NCBI GenBank assembly: GCA_041744215.1
Contig: JBGTLG010000025.1
Coordinates: forward strand, 32,001 to 96,000
Reading direction: 5' to 3'
DNA length: 64,000 nt
Origin: Fimbriimonadales bacterium
GTDB taxonomy: Bacteria > Armatimonadota > Fimbriimonadia > Fimbriimonadales > ATM1
The translations under genes and the position numbers were made by a program. Shown here piece after piece: positions 1 to 9,361 of the stretch. Position 1 is the first letter of the stretch. Every line of letters begins with the position of its first letter. The notes under the pieces were generated by a model. The model searched no databases. It was not told the origin of the DNA and saw nothing but the letters and a program-made list of their open reading frames with translations.

Positions 1-21
1 CCAACGCAAAGGAGAGAGAAA

Positions 22-393
22 ATGTTCAATCACCAACCGGTCGAAGCCCCTCTGACGGTCATTCGCCTCACCAATCGAGAGATCGAGGTCTTGAGCATGG
101 TCTCTGAGGGCCTGACCAGCCAGCAGGTAGCGGAGAGCCTGTTCGTGTCCACAAGGACGGTGAACTATCACTTAGCCGGCGTGTTCTCAAAGCTGAAGGT
201 AAGCAATCGAATTCAGGCCATAGTCGTCGCTGGACGCCTTGGTTTGATACGGACCGAGCAGTTGTTCGGTAACGGGCGCGGGACTGAGGAGAAGGTGTTT
301 ACATCAGATCGGCGAGCGGATGTCGATGCTTATCGCGAGCGGATGAGAATGTACTCGGCTGAAAGCCAGTCAAAGGGAGAGAATGCATCATGA
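22..393 (+). CDS. Stand-alone LuxR/GerE-type HTH transcriptional regulator
   Basis: LTNREIEVLSMVSEGLTSQQVAESLFVSTRTVNYHL is a LuxR HTH; no receiver domain; AAGGAG RBS upstream. Confidence 0.85.
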   Translation: MFNHQPVEAPLTVIRLTNREIEVLSMVSEGLTSQQVAESLFVSTRTVNYHLAGVFSKLKVSNRIQAIVVAGRLGLIRTEQLFGNGRGTEEKVFTSDRRADVDAYRERMRMYSAESQSKGENAS

Positions 394-1146
394 AACGGAA
401 ATCACTTGCGACGATGGCGGTTCTAGCATCCATTGCAGTAATGGGCGCGCCATCTGCAGCAGTTAGTTTAGGTACCGCTGGAGACTTCGCAGTCCTTGCG
501 GGATCCACAGTCACCAACACCGGCCCGACGGTTCTGTGGGGCAGCCTTGGCGTGTGGCCAGGGACGGCGATCTCAGGATTCCCGCCTGGCATTGTCACAG
601 GAGGCAGCACCCATGCCGGTGACGCCGTTGCGATGCAAGCACAGTCCGATCTGACTGTTGCTTACGATGAACTTGCAGGCCTCGCGCCCGACTGAGAACT
701 TGAGCGGACAGAACCTCGGCGGAATGACCTTGACCGCTGGCGTTTACAAGTTTGACAGTTCCGCTTTCCTCACTGGAACGCTAACGCTTGATGCGGAAGG
801 TGATCCAAACGCGGAATTCGTCTTCCAGATGGGAAGTACGCTCATTACTTCCACTGACTCAATCGTCAACATCATCAACAACGGCGACGGATGCAATGTG
901 TTCTGGCAGGTCGGAAGCTCGGCTACGCTCGACGTCCGTACTCAGTTCACAGGCCACATCGTCGCATTGACCAGCATCACGTTGAACACTGAAGCAACGA
1001 TCATCGATGGCAGCGCACTCGCAAGAAACGGCGCGGTTACTCTCGATACCAACACTATCTATGCCTGCGTAGTGCCAGAGCCCACAACGATCACACTGTT
1101 CCTTGTTGGGCTTGCAGCACTCGCCGCAAAGCGGCGTCGGAATTAA
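390..1146 (+). pseudogene. DUF3494 ice-binding-family protein with signal peptide and PEP-CTERM tail, split by a +1 frameshift at ~687-690
   Basis: ORF 390-695 (signal peptide, LGTAGDFAVLAGSTVTNTG, AQSDLTVAY) continues in ORF 658-1146 (LGGMTLTAGVY, FVFQMGSTL, NVFWQVGSSATL, VPEPTTITLFLVGLAALAAKRRRN). Removing one C from GCG CCC GAC TGA gives one 251-aa frame. Confidence 0.85.
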
Positions 1147-1164
1147 GGTCGCTTTGCGATCCAC

Positions 1165-1201
1165 TGAAGCCGGGCGGAATCCCCTCCCCGTCCCGGCTTC
1201 A
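1165..1201 (+). terminator. Stem-loop downstream of the DUF3494 gene
   Basis: TGAAGCCGGG...CCCGGCTTCA inverted repeat. Confidence 0.5.
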
Positions 1202-1257
1202 TAAAACTCTATCGATCCAGTGTGTCCCGCTTGAGGGACCCGCACTCGAGAGGAAGG

Positions 1258-1289
1258 ATGCCGGGGTCAATTGCCCCGGCATTTTTTTT
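1258..1289 (+). terminator. Rho-independent terminator
   Basis: ATGCCGGGG-TCAATTG-CCCCGGCAT followed by a T run. Confidence 0.8.
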
Positions 1290-1320
1290 GCACTTTAGCC
1301 ATTTCGAGCGGCGATATGCA

Positions 1321-2328
1321 CTAATCGTCCAGCCACAAGACACTTTGCTCTGGGACACTGGCGAAGACTGTTGCTCCCGCAGTCAAGTCAGCCGCCGCAT
1401 CCGCGCCTACGTGCGCCTCCAAGGCGACGCCTCCAGCATCCAGCGTGACGATCGCGTGAGACTGCATTTGGACACAATCCTTTACGATCACCGTACCGGC
1501 TGCGTGATCAACACTCTTTGTAATGGTGAGGTCTTCCGGGCGAATTGCTATGTAGGTGCAGTCCGTCGGCGCGTTCATTGCGATGTGAGCAAACGGTTCT
1601 GGGAGAGCTGATATAGATAGGATGTTGCGCAAGTTGAGAAAGCGAGCGGCGGCGACCGTGCGCGGACTTCGAATGACTTGGTGATGGGGGCCCGTCTCGG
1701 CTACGCGACCGTCGATCATGATCGCCACTTCGTCTGCGAGGAAGCAAACCTCTGCAAGATCATGACTGACGAGAAAGATCGTCGGGCTCATCTCTTGGCG
1801 CATCTCTCGAAGCGATTGCAACAAATCGCTTGTCGTAGAAGCATCAAGCGCAGAAAGCGGCTCATCGAGAAAGAGCACGCGAGGCTCGACGATTAGAGCT
1901 CTGGCCATAGCAACACGCTGCTTCTCACCCCCGGAGAGCGTTTGCACCCGCCGACGTGACAAAAGATGCTTGATTCCAAGCATGTCGGCGATCCTTTCCA
2001 ATCGCTGGGTTGCCGAACCGCTCGATCCTTGTGAGTGCAATCCAAATGTGATGTTGTCTCTGACTGACAGGTGCGGGAAGAGCGCGAGATCCTGCGGGAT
2101 GTATGCGATTTTTCTGGACTCAGGCGGGTAGCTCGTGATCTCCCTGCCATCGAGAAAGACGGTGCCACGTTCTGGTTTTCGCGCGCCCATGACAGTTTCG
2201 AGCAGGAGCGTTTTCCCTGCGCCGGAGGGGCCAAGCACCGCGAGGCATCTTCCCTGCTTCAGCTCGAGGTTGATGTCCTGAAGTCGGAAGTCTCCGTAAG
2301 ACACGCTGAGGTCCGAGACGGTGATCAT
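1321..2328 (-). CDS. modC: Molybdate/tungstate ABC transporter ATP-binding subunit (ModC/WtpC-like)
   Basis: Walker A GPSGAGKT, LSGGEKQR signature, LFLDEP; start moved to the ATG of MITVSDL, which overlaps the permease stop. Confidence 0.8.
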   Translation of the reverse strand: MITVSDLSVSYGDFRLQDINLELKQGRCLAVLGPSGAGKTLLLETVMGARKPERGTVFLDGREITSYPPESRKIAYIPQDLALFPHLSVRDNITFGLHSQGSSGSATQRLERIADMLGIKHLLSRRRVQTLSGGEKQRVAMARALIVEPRVLFLDEPLSALDASTTSDLLQSLREMRQEMSPTIFLVSHDLAEVCFLADEVAIMIDGRVAETGPHHQVIRSPRTVAAARFLNLRNILSISALPEPFAHIAMNAPTDCTYIAIRPEDLTITKSVDHAAGTVIVKDCVQMQSHAIVTLDAGGVALEAHVGADAAADLTAGATVFASVPEQSVLWLDD

Positions 2329-3113
2329 GTCTGACGCGCCCCTGCTGCAAGCCGCACAACCACGAGCACTACCAGCGCGATGAGAGTTAACAGCATAACC
2401 AGCGCGACTGCAGCCTCGATTCGGACCGCGGACCAATTCAGTACGATCGAGATCGGCATCGTGTCGGTTTTGCCTTTGACACTTCCCGCGATCGTGACGG
2501 TCGCGCCATAGTCTCCTATCGCGCGCCCCCAGCCGAGCACGAGCGCGGCGATCAATCCTGGGCGGGCGAGTGGCAGCGTCACTCTGCGCATCGCAGCCCA
2601 CTGACTGCACCCCAAGTACCGCGCGACTTGCTCCAAACGCGGATCCACTTCTTCGAAAGCGGCTTTCAGTACCCGAATCTGCAAAGCGAGGGCGATGACG
2701 AACTGTGCAAGGATGATGCCTGGGACCTCGAAGACGAACCGAATGAGATTTTCCTGCACCCAGCTTCCAGGCGCCGTACGAAACATGAGCAATAGGGTTA
2801 TGCCTATCGCGACTGGCGAAATGATGATGGGTATATCGAGGAGAGCGTCCACGACCATCTTGCCGGGAAACTTGTACCGCGCAAGCGCGTATGCGGCCGG
2901 GATCGCAACAATCAGGGCGAGGCCCGCGGCGACCGTCGCGCAGAAGAGGCTCAATCGAATCGCATGCTGGATGTCCGGCTGTCCGAGCGCTTCAAGCGGC
3001 GCGCTTACACCGGCATAGCCCACTTGCGATGCGAGCATCGCGAGCACTAGAGTCATGGCGGTGCCCAGTCCTGCGACTATGAACAGCCGAAACAGATTCC
3101 GGCTTATTCGCAA
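2325..3113 (-). CDS. modB: Molybdate/tungstate ABC transporter permease (ModB/WtpB-like)
   Basis: Multiple TM helices, EQVARYLG EAA-like loop, RAIGDYGAT; probable TTG start just after the modA stop. Confidence 0.8.
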   Translation of the reverse strand: MRISRNLFRLFIVAGLGTAMTLVLAMLASQVGYAGVSAPLEALGQPDIQHAIRLSLFCATVAAGLALIVAIPAAYALARYKFPGKMVVDALLDIPIIISPVAIGITLLLMFRTAPGSWVQENLIRFVFEVPGIILAQFVIALALQIRVLKAAFEEVDPRLEQVARYLGCSQWAAMRRVTLPLARPGLIAALVLGWGRAIGDYGATVTIAGSVKGKTDTMPISIVLNWSAVRIEAAVALVMLLTLIALVVLVVVRLAAGARQT

Positions 3114-3117
3114 TGGT

Positions 3118-4032
3118 TTACCATCCGGCAGGAAGTGGCCACTCTCCACCAACGGGCGCATCAGGCAATGTATGCTGTCGCGCTTCTTCAACCGTTGTTA
3201 GGTAGTTCCACTTCCTGTAGATCGCTTGCCCTTCGGGTGAAACGAGAAAGTCGAGGAAAGCCTGGGCAAGCGCTTTGTCTGCGCTGTTTACTCCGATTGC
3301 TGCAGGGAGAAATCCAATTCTCGGGACCCTGTCCTTTGGCAGGTAAATCGTTTTGATCTTCGTAGGCTCCCACGCCTCGAAGACTTCCCAGCCAAGCACT
3401 GCATCGATTTGTCCCATCGCAACGATCTGCGCAGTTTTTGCGCAGGACTCCGTGTTGGTGACGATGTTCGGACGAACCTTGTCTGCAAGACCCGCGCGCT
3501 CTAAGACCTCTACCGCGTAGAGTCCGACACAGACGGTGTCCGGTCGTGCAATCGCTACACGGACGCCTGGCTTTGCCAAGTCCTCCAAGCTCTGGATGTT
3601 CCTTGGATTGTCGATCGGGACGTTGATGGCCGGCACAAGATACGCGATGATGGTTTCCGTCTTCGGGTCGATGAGCCCTTCGCGCTTTGCGATCTCGATA
3701 TAGTCGGATGATCCGGGGAAGTAGATGTCGCCTTTTTCCGAGAGTTTCATTCGCGAAAGCATCTCACCCGAGCCACCGAAATGCACCTCCAGGGTTGCGC
3801 CGGTCTTCTCCTCAAAGGTTTTCGCTGCCAATTCCGTGGGTGGCTGAGAAGCGGAACCTACGAACAGGGTCAGTTTTCGGCCGGCGTACGGCTTCTCCTG
3901 GCCGGTCTCCCTGATTGGATTCTGGGCGGCACAACCCCAAGCCAGCGAAAGCCCGAGGGCGCAGCTGATGGCCCAGGTGAATCGTAATCTCGTGGTTCGG
4001 CTTTCGGCGCTCACGGCACCGCGATTGTACAC
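3118..4032 (-). CDS. modA: Molybdate/tungstate ABC substrate-binding lipoprotein
   Basis: Lipobox LAWGC, FGGSGEML, NPRNIQSLEDLAKPGVRVAI; upstream of permease and ATPase; start uncertain. Confidence 0.8.
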   Translation of the reverse strand: MYNRGAVSAESRTTRLRFTWAISCALGLSLAWGCAAQNPIRETGQEKPYAGRKLTLFVGSASQPPTELAAKTFEEKTGATLEVHFGGSGEMLSRMKLSEKGDIYFPGSSDYIEIAKREGLIDPKTETIIAYLVPAINVPIDNPRNIQSLEDLAKPGVRVAIARPDTVCVGLYAVEVLERAGLADKVRPNIVTNTESCAKTAQIVAMGQIDAVLGWEVFEAWEPTKIKTIYLPKDRVPRIGFLPAAIGVNSADKALAQAFLDFLVSPEGQAIYRKWNYLTTVEEARQHTLPDAPVGGEWPLPAGW

Positions 4033-4188
4033 CTTCGCTCCGTGCTACCTACTTAGGTCGCGGTTGCGGTCTGAGGGCGTGTCCGCAGTCTTAGCACTGC
4101 TGCGTGTTTTGTGTGGCTACATTGAGAACAGGCAGGCTCGACATGTCGAGAATTGGAAAGGTCTGGCGTGAGCACGTGTTACAAGCGG

Positions 4189-4323
4189 CTACTTCTTGCC
4201 GGACTTGCCTTTGGAATGCTCGCGTGGAGCGATAGCTGGACGATCTCGAAGGTGCTTCGCCTGCTTCGCTTTGTGAAGGTCGCTGTTTCCTGAAGAATTC
4301 TTCTTCGGCTTTCGATCACCCAT
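4189..4323 (-). CDS. Small basic hypothetical protein, 44 aa (MGDRKPKKNSSGNSDLHKAKQAKHLRDRPAIAPREHSKGKSGKK)
   Basis: Translated by hand; its ATG lies just inside the end of the upstream regulator gene; below the ORF-track size cutoff. Confidence 0.5.
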   Translation of the reverse strand: MGDRKPKKNSSGNSDLHKAKQAKHLRDRPAIAPREHSKGKSGKK

Positions 4324-4954
4324 GGCCGTTTCCCGTGCCTCCGACGTAGTTCATGATGCCGATGGTGCCTGTAACTATTTTATCGTCGTCTTCAAGCGGC
4401 AGCGCGCTTAAGATCATGTTGCTGAACTCGCCTTCCAATCGAAGCGATGCTTCCTTGCCGACCAGTGCACCGATGTGCGCTGCTATTGGCGGATGGTTCG
4501 GATCCTCAGACTTGAAAATCTCGTAAACCGTCTTACCGACCTCCCACACCACTCCGCAATGCATCGACGGCATCTCGCCGTTAACGATCATGTAAACGGT
4601 TAGATCTTTGTCGGTTGCCCAAACAGCCGACTTGATTTGATCCATCGCGAGTTGGAGCAACGCAAGCGACGCGCGAAACTCCAGGATCGTCTGTTCCCTG
4701 TGGGCGATATGATCGACCAGGTTTTCCCGGTCCACATTCGCTTCTCGGAGAGCTCGCTCTGAGCGCTCTTTGATAACCCTAGCAACGGTGTCCGTTCGCC
4801 CGATGCCTCCCACCTTCATTCGGATGCGGAGCCAATACGTATTGACAGTACCAACACTAATCCCTCGGTGGTGCGCGATCCCCTCGTTCGTAAGCCCGTC
4901 CATCGCCAAGTCGACGATTTCGGTCTCCCTGGGTGAGAGCTCGTGAGAAGTCAT
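4316..4954 (-). CDS. Regulator with N-terminal LuxR HTH and C-terminal PAS-like domain
   Basis: LSPRETEIVDLAMDGLTNEGIA...TVNTYWLRIRMK, then a coiled coil and a PAS-like region (AVWATDKDL...PLEDDDKIVTGTIGI); GGAGG before ATG 4954. Confidence 0.75.
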   Translation of the reverse strand: MTSHELSPRETEIVDLAMDGLTNEGIAHHRGISVGTVNTYWLRIRMKVGGIGRTDTVARVIKERSERALREANVDRENLVDHIAHREQTILEFRASLALLQLAMDQIKSAVWATDKDLTVYMIVNGEMPSMHCGVVWEVGKTVYEIFKSEDPNHPPIAAHIGALVGKEASLRLEGEFSNMILSALPLEDDDKIVTGTIGIMNYVGGTGNGHG

Positions 4955-5079
4955 AGGCTCACTATCCTCCAGATAACTGTCATAACGCATACACTATACC
5001 TCAAATACCTCAGTACCGGCCAAACTAACGGGCCTGGGACGAGTCCGTCGCCAGGGCAATCGGCCACTTGGGTGCTATG

Positions 5080-5229
5080 TTAGGCGAGGCGTCGACCTTG
5101 GAGAAGGTTGACTACGACGACGATCACTGCAATGACGAGCAACACGTGGAGAAGTCCACCCATTGTCGTCGAGGTGACCATTCCAAGAACCCATAAGACA
5201 GCTAGAATCAAGACTATTGTCCACAACAT
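5080..5229 (-). CDS. lmo0937-family (DUF5670-like) small membrane protein, 49 aa
   Basis: Translated by hand: MLWTIVLILAVLWVLGMVTSTTMGGLLHVLLVIAVIVVVVNLLQGRRLA fits the MLWTI..GG.IH.LLVIA..GRR family pattern. Confidence 0.8.
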   Translation of the reverse strand: MLWTIVLILAVLWVLGMVTSTTMGGLLHVLLVIAVIVVVVNLLQGRRLA

Positions 5230-5322
5230 GATGAAGTCAGACTACTTGCTATTGCTCTAATTGCACAAGTCCGCTAGATCGTGTCCGTGGAATGACTGAC
5301 AGTCCGATTCGTGGCTCAACAC

Positions 5323-6714
5323 CTACGAGTGTGACTGTTTCCAGGGGCGGAACGGCTGACTACCGATTCCGGTCTCTTGCATGAGTTTTTCGATGTCGTC
5401 GACCGTGCGCGGTGCTCCGGCGGAGAGATTGATGGGGTCGCCGTCAGTCACGAGGATGTCGTCTTCGACGCGGATGCCGATGTTCCACCACTTCGGGTCG
5501 CATGGTGAGCCCTCTTTAATATAGATGCCTGGTTCCACCGTGAGCGCAACGCCGGGCACAAGTGTTCCTGGCATCGGATCGTGGACGTCGAGGCCGATTC
5601 CGTGTCCGAAGCCGTGCATGTAGTACCGCCCCAATTGGTTTCTCGATTGGATGATGCCGAGAGCGATCAGTCCGTCGGCGAGGACTTCACTGATACGATT
5701 TCCTATCTGCGTTGTCGTTACCCCGGGTCGACACATTGCGATGCCAGCATCGGTGGCTCGAAGGACAACTTCGTAGAGTGCCTTTTGCTCGGGAGAGAAC
5801 TTGCCGTTGACGGGGAACGTTCGGGTGATATCTGCGCTGTATCCCATGTATTCCCCGGCCGCATCGACGAGTAGGAGTTCGCCGTCGAGCATTTTGCGGC
5901 GGTTCGTGTTGTAGTGGAGGATGGTGGCGTTCGGCCCGGAACCGACGATGGGTTCGTACCCGACGTCCGCGCAACCCTCGCGGCGAAAGACGTAGCGGTA
6001 GAGCGCGTCTATCTCGTATTCGTGCATTCCCGGTCGTACTGCGCGCATCGCCTCGACGTGAGCCAGCGCGCTGATTTCCGCCGCTTTCTTGAGCAATTCG
6101 ACTTCCCAAGGGGATTTGACTTGGCGGTGGCGGCGAATGAGCTGGCGCAGGTCTGGGCCGGGCTGCTTTCCTTCGCGGTGGGCTTGGACGTTTGCGTTCA
6201 TTCTTCCTATGAGGCCAGCGTCGGGTGAGGGCGGAATGCTGACTGAGACGCGTTCAACGGCGATTTTTGCGAGGGTTGCTTCGAACTCTCTGTTTGAAAC
6301 GGCAGATTCGACGCCGAGCAGCTTGACCGCGTTTTCGGGGCCCATTCTATAACCGAGCCAGGTTATCGATTGCTGTGTGGGCACATTGCAGAATAGGATC
6401 TCGGTGACTCGCTTGCCCTCGAGATCGAAGCCGTCGGGGATTAGGATTAGTGCGGCGCTGTCCTCTTCGAAGCCCGTCAGGTAAAGAAAGTTTGAATCGC
6501 CACGAAAGAAGAAGTCGACGTCGTCGTTGCGATTGCGGATCGGGTTTGTGAGCACGATCCCGACAGTGTTCGGACCAAGTTCGCGCTTGATCCGCTCCCG
6601 TCGTTCTCTGAACTCGTCCGGTCGCAGCTTCGATGGCTCGAAGACTGGATAGTTCTGGGCAATCAGCGAAGCCGGAAGAACGAGAAGAAGGCAGAAGACG
6701 GCTCGAAGCTTCAT
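5323..6714 (-). CDS. pepP: Xaa-Pro aminopeptidase (M24B) with predicted signal peptide
   Basis: AMP_N-type region (DSNFLYLTGF), LLVDAAGEY, YSADITRTFP, HGFGHGIGLDVHD, TVEPGIY, GIRVEDD. Confidence 0.9.
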   Translation of the reverse strand: MKLRAVFCLLLVLPASLIAQNYPVFEPSKLRPDEFRERRERIKRELGPNTVGIVLTNPIRNRNDDVDFFFRGDSNFLYLTGFEEDSAALILIPDGFDLEGKRVTEILFCNVPTQQSITWLGYRMGPENAVKLLGVESAVSNREFEATLAKIAVERVSVSIPPSPDAGLIGRMNANVQAHREGKQPGPDLRQLIRRHRQVKSPWEVELLKKAAEISALAHVEAMRAVRPGMHEYEIDALYRYVFRREGCADVGYEPIVGSGPNATILHYNTNRRKMLDGELLLVDAAGEYMGYSADITRTFPVNGKFSPEQKALYEVVLRATDAGIAMCRPGVTTTQIGNRISEVLADGLIALGIIQSRNQLGRYYMHGFGHGIGLDVHDPMPGTLVPGVALTVEPGIYIKEGSPCDPKWWNIGIRVEDDILVTDGDPINLSAGAPRTVDDIEKLMQETGIGSQPFRPWKQSHS

Positions 6715-6875
6715 GGGCGTTATTGTGGCTCAGACGCCCTGGGGTAGAATTTGCGCCGCGAGGCTTGATTGCTTGGGAACCACTATACTGACCCGCTAGC
6801 TGTATTGTTCGCGCCGCTCGGCGCGGGCTCGCTTCGCCGCTTCCCCTCATTCCGCCAGGAGAGATTCTAACGCCT

Positions 6876-8654
6876 ATGGACGCTTCCTACGTCAACTCAC
6901 GCTTGTATGCCCTTCGGCATTCCGCCGCGCATCTGATGGCGCAGTCGGTGCTTCAGCTGTATCCAGATGCAAAGCTAACGATCGGCCCTCCTATCGAGAA
7001 TGGCTTCTATTACGATATCGACTTTGGGGACACCAAGTTTTCGGAAGATGATCTCTCTCGGATTGAAGCGAAGATGGCCGAGAATGCGGGGTTGGATCTG
7101 CCGATCGTACGTGAGGAGATGTCTCGTGAAGATGCGCGAAAGCGATTGCTAGAGCTTAGGCAGGATCCGTACAAATTAGAATTGTTGGACGATATCCCCG
7201 AAGGCGACGCTATCTCGTTTTATACACAAGGGGAGTTCACGGATTTATGCCGCGGGCCACATGTCGCGTCGACGGGCGAGATTTGCAGCTACAAGTTGCT
7301 GAGTGTTGCCGGCGCCTATTGGCGTGGCAACGAGAAGAACAAGATGCTGACGCGGCTCTATGGGACTGCGTTTGAGACACAAGAGGCTCTGGAGCAGTAC
7401 CTGCATAACCTTGAAGAGGCGAAGAAGCGCGATCATCGCGTCTTGGGGCGCGAGTTGGGCTTGTTCTTTTTCTCGCCGGTCGTAGGACAGGGGCTTCCTC
7501 TGTGGCTACCTAAGGGCGCGACGCTGCGCGATACACTTACGGAGTTTTTGAAAGGTGAGCAGCTAAAGCGCGGCTACGAGCCGGTCGTTACGCCGAACAT
7601 CGGTAGCGAAAAACTGTATGAAAAGTCGGGACATATCATCACGTATCGCGACAAGATGTTCCCTTTTATGACGGATGCGGACGGCGACACATTTATCTTG
7701 AAGCCGATGAACTGCCCTTTCCATATCGAGATCTATAAGAGCGACCTTCGCAGCTATCGCGACTTGCCGGTTCGATATGCGGAGTTCGGAACGGTTTATC
7801 GGTATGAGCAGAGCGGCGAACTCGCTGGCATGTTGCGTGTTAGAGGGTTTACGCAAGACGACGCGCACCTTTTCGTGCGCCCCGACCAATTGCTTGACGA
7901 GTTCACTGCGACGGTCGATCTTACGATCTTCGTTTGCAACAAGCTTGGTCTGCACGACTATTCGGTTCGCGTGGGTACTCGCGATCCATTGAGCGACAAA
8001 TACGTTGGGTCCGACGAGAATTGGAGTTTGGCAGAATCTGCGATTGAGCAGGCATGCAAAAGGATGGGGCTCGACTTCGAGGTCTCGCCAGGCGACGCGG
8101 CATTCTACGGGCCGAAGCTCGACTTGATGCTGCGAGATGCGCTGGGCCGCGTTTGGCAGATGGGGACGATTCAAGTTGATTACAACCTGCCGGAGCGTTT
8201 CGACCTCGAATACATCGGCGAGGACGGGCAGCCGCACCGGCCGATCATGATCCACCGTGCGCCATTCGGCTCATTGGAGCGCATGATCGGATTGCTCACT
8301 GAGCATTACGGCGGCGCTTTTCCGTTTTGGCTCGCGCCTGTTCAGATCGTTTTGCTTCCTATCGCTGACAGGCACGTGGAGTATGCGCAGAAGGTTCGGG
8401 AGGAACTTTTGGCTCTGGATCCGAAGTTACGGATCGCGATCGATGAATCGAGCGAGCGGCTTGGGAAGAAGATCGTTTTGAACCAGGCTCAGAAGATTCC
8501 TTATATGTTGGTTGTGGGCGATAAGGACTCGGAGAACAAGACGGTGAGCGTCCGGTCAAGAGAGGGGGGGGATGTCGGTGCGATGGGGATAAGCGAATTC
8601 TTGGGGACTGCGGGTCGGACACAAGATGACGGCAGATTTGCAGATGTAACGTAA
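6876..8654 (+). CDS. thrS: Threonine--tRNA ligase (no N-terminal TGS domain)
   Basis: LRHSAAHLMA, DLCRGPH, KPMNCPFH, RVRGFTQDDAH, AFYGPK, IHRAPFGSLER. Confidence 0.98.
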   Translation: MDASYVNSRLYALRHSAAHLMAQSVLQLYPDAKLTIGPPIENGFYYDIDFGDTKFSEDDLSRIEAKMAENAGLDLPIVREEMSREDARKRLLELRQDPYKLELLDDIPEGDAISFYTQGEFTDLCRGPHVASTGEICSYKLLSVAGAYWRGNEKNKMLTRLYGTAFETQEALEQYLHNLEEAKKRDHRVLGRELGLFFFSPVVGQGLPLWLPKGATLRDTLTEFLKGEQLKRGYEPVVTPNIGSEKLYEKSGHIITYRDKMFPFMTDADGDTFILKPMNCPFHIEIYKSDLRSYRDLPVRYAEFGTVYRYEQSGELAGMLRVRGFTQDDAHLFVRPDQLLDEFTATVDLTIFVCNKLGLHDYSVRVGTRDPLSDKYVGSDENWSLAESAIEQACKRMGLDFEVSPGDAAFYGPKLDLMLRDALGRVWQMGTIQVDYNLPERFDLEYIGEDGQPHRPIMIHRAPFGSLERMIGLLTEHYGGAFPFWLAPVQIVLLPIADRHVEYAQKVREELLALDPKLRIAIDESSERLGKKIVLNQAQKIPYMLVVGDKDSENKTVSVRSREGGDVGAMGISEFLGTAGRTQDDGRFADVT

Positions 8655-8667
8655 GAGAATCGGCGGG

Positions 8668-8741
8668 TCACTTAGTGGCACACACACCCGTGGGAATCTC
8701 ACACAGCCGGCTGAGGCTCAGTTCACCCTGGGTGGGCGCAC
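8668..8741 (+). repeat. 74-bp imperfect direct repeat, copy 1
   Basis: 62/74 identical to 10985-11058 without gaps; exact 20-bp core GGCTGAGGCTCAGTTCACCC. Confidence 0.9.
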
Positions 8742-8806
8742 CTCGCCCCGCTTCTCATCGGATCAAATAGTAGACATCCGTCGGTCTTGTAAAATGAGGA
8801 CTTGGC

Positions 8807-8826
8807 AGAGAGAGAGAGAGAGAGAG
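8807..8826 (+). repeat. (AG)10 microsatellite upstream of the Cys-rich gene
   Basis: Read directly from the sequence. Confidence 0.95.
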
Positions 8827-8863
8827 TATTGTTCCGTTTGTTGATCTATCTTGGAGGTTGACA

Positions 8864-9361
8864 GTGAATCTAAAACAGTACGCACTTTGGGTCATGGTCG
8901 GAGGGCTAGGTTTACTTAACTTCGCTGTATGGGGCAAGGTGCCCATGGAGTCGACGCTCACGCCGAGGCCTTGCGGCGGATGCCAGCAGGACTTTGCAAC
9001 GGGCCCCCCGACGATCGCCGAAATCGACAACAGCATTCAGTTTGGTGCAGGGTTGATGGAAGATGACCCGGGCGAGCTGTTGCCGACGCATCCTTGCAGC
9101 GGCTGCACGAGTATGGGAACTATCAAGCAGAGCTGGTGCCAACTCCGGCCACCCGGCACCGACTGTTCCGCAATACCGTGGAACGACAACTTTTTTTACA
9201 TTCGCAATCTATACTTTTATGATTGTGGAGATGGGGTGATCGCGCTATGTTGCACCCCGTGGACGTACGACTCCTGTTGCAACAATTCATCCAATGCGCC
9301 TAAATGCCAAGGAGGAGGTGCAACTCACAATTGCAGCGAAGCATCATGTCCTCCGCTGTAA
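8864..9361 (+). CDS. Secreted or membrane-anchored cysteine-rich hypothetical protein (14 Cys)
   Basis: GGAGG RBS then GTG; N-terminal hydrophobic segment; PCGGC, PCSGC and two CC pairs. Confidence 0.75.
   Translation: MNLKQYALWVMVGGLGLLNFAVWGKVPMESTLTPRPCGGCQQDFATGPPTIAEIDNSIQFGAGLMEDDPGELLPTHPCSGCTSMGTIKQSWCQLRPPGTDCSAIPWNDNFFYIRNLYFYDCGDGVIALCCTPWTYDSCCNNSSNAPKCQGGGATHNCSEASCPPL

Noticed and set aside
4033-4188. Moco/Wco riboswitch or ModE box upstream of modA
   Set aside because: Only a CCTAAG word and a 14-bp palindrome (CTCGACATGTCGAG, 4137-4150); the other expected elements are not recognisable; cmsearch would be decisive
6715-6875. T-box or tRNA-mimic leader for thrS
   Set aside because: No T-box (GGTGGNACC-type) motif or terminator, and the leader is too short
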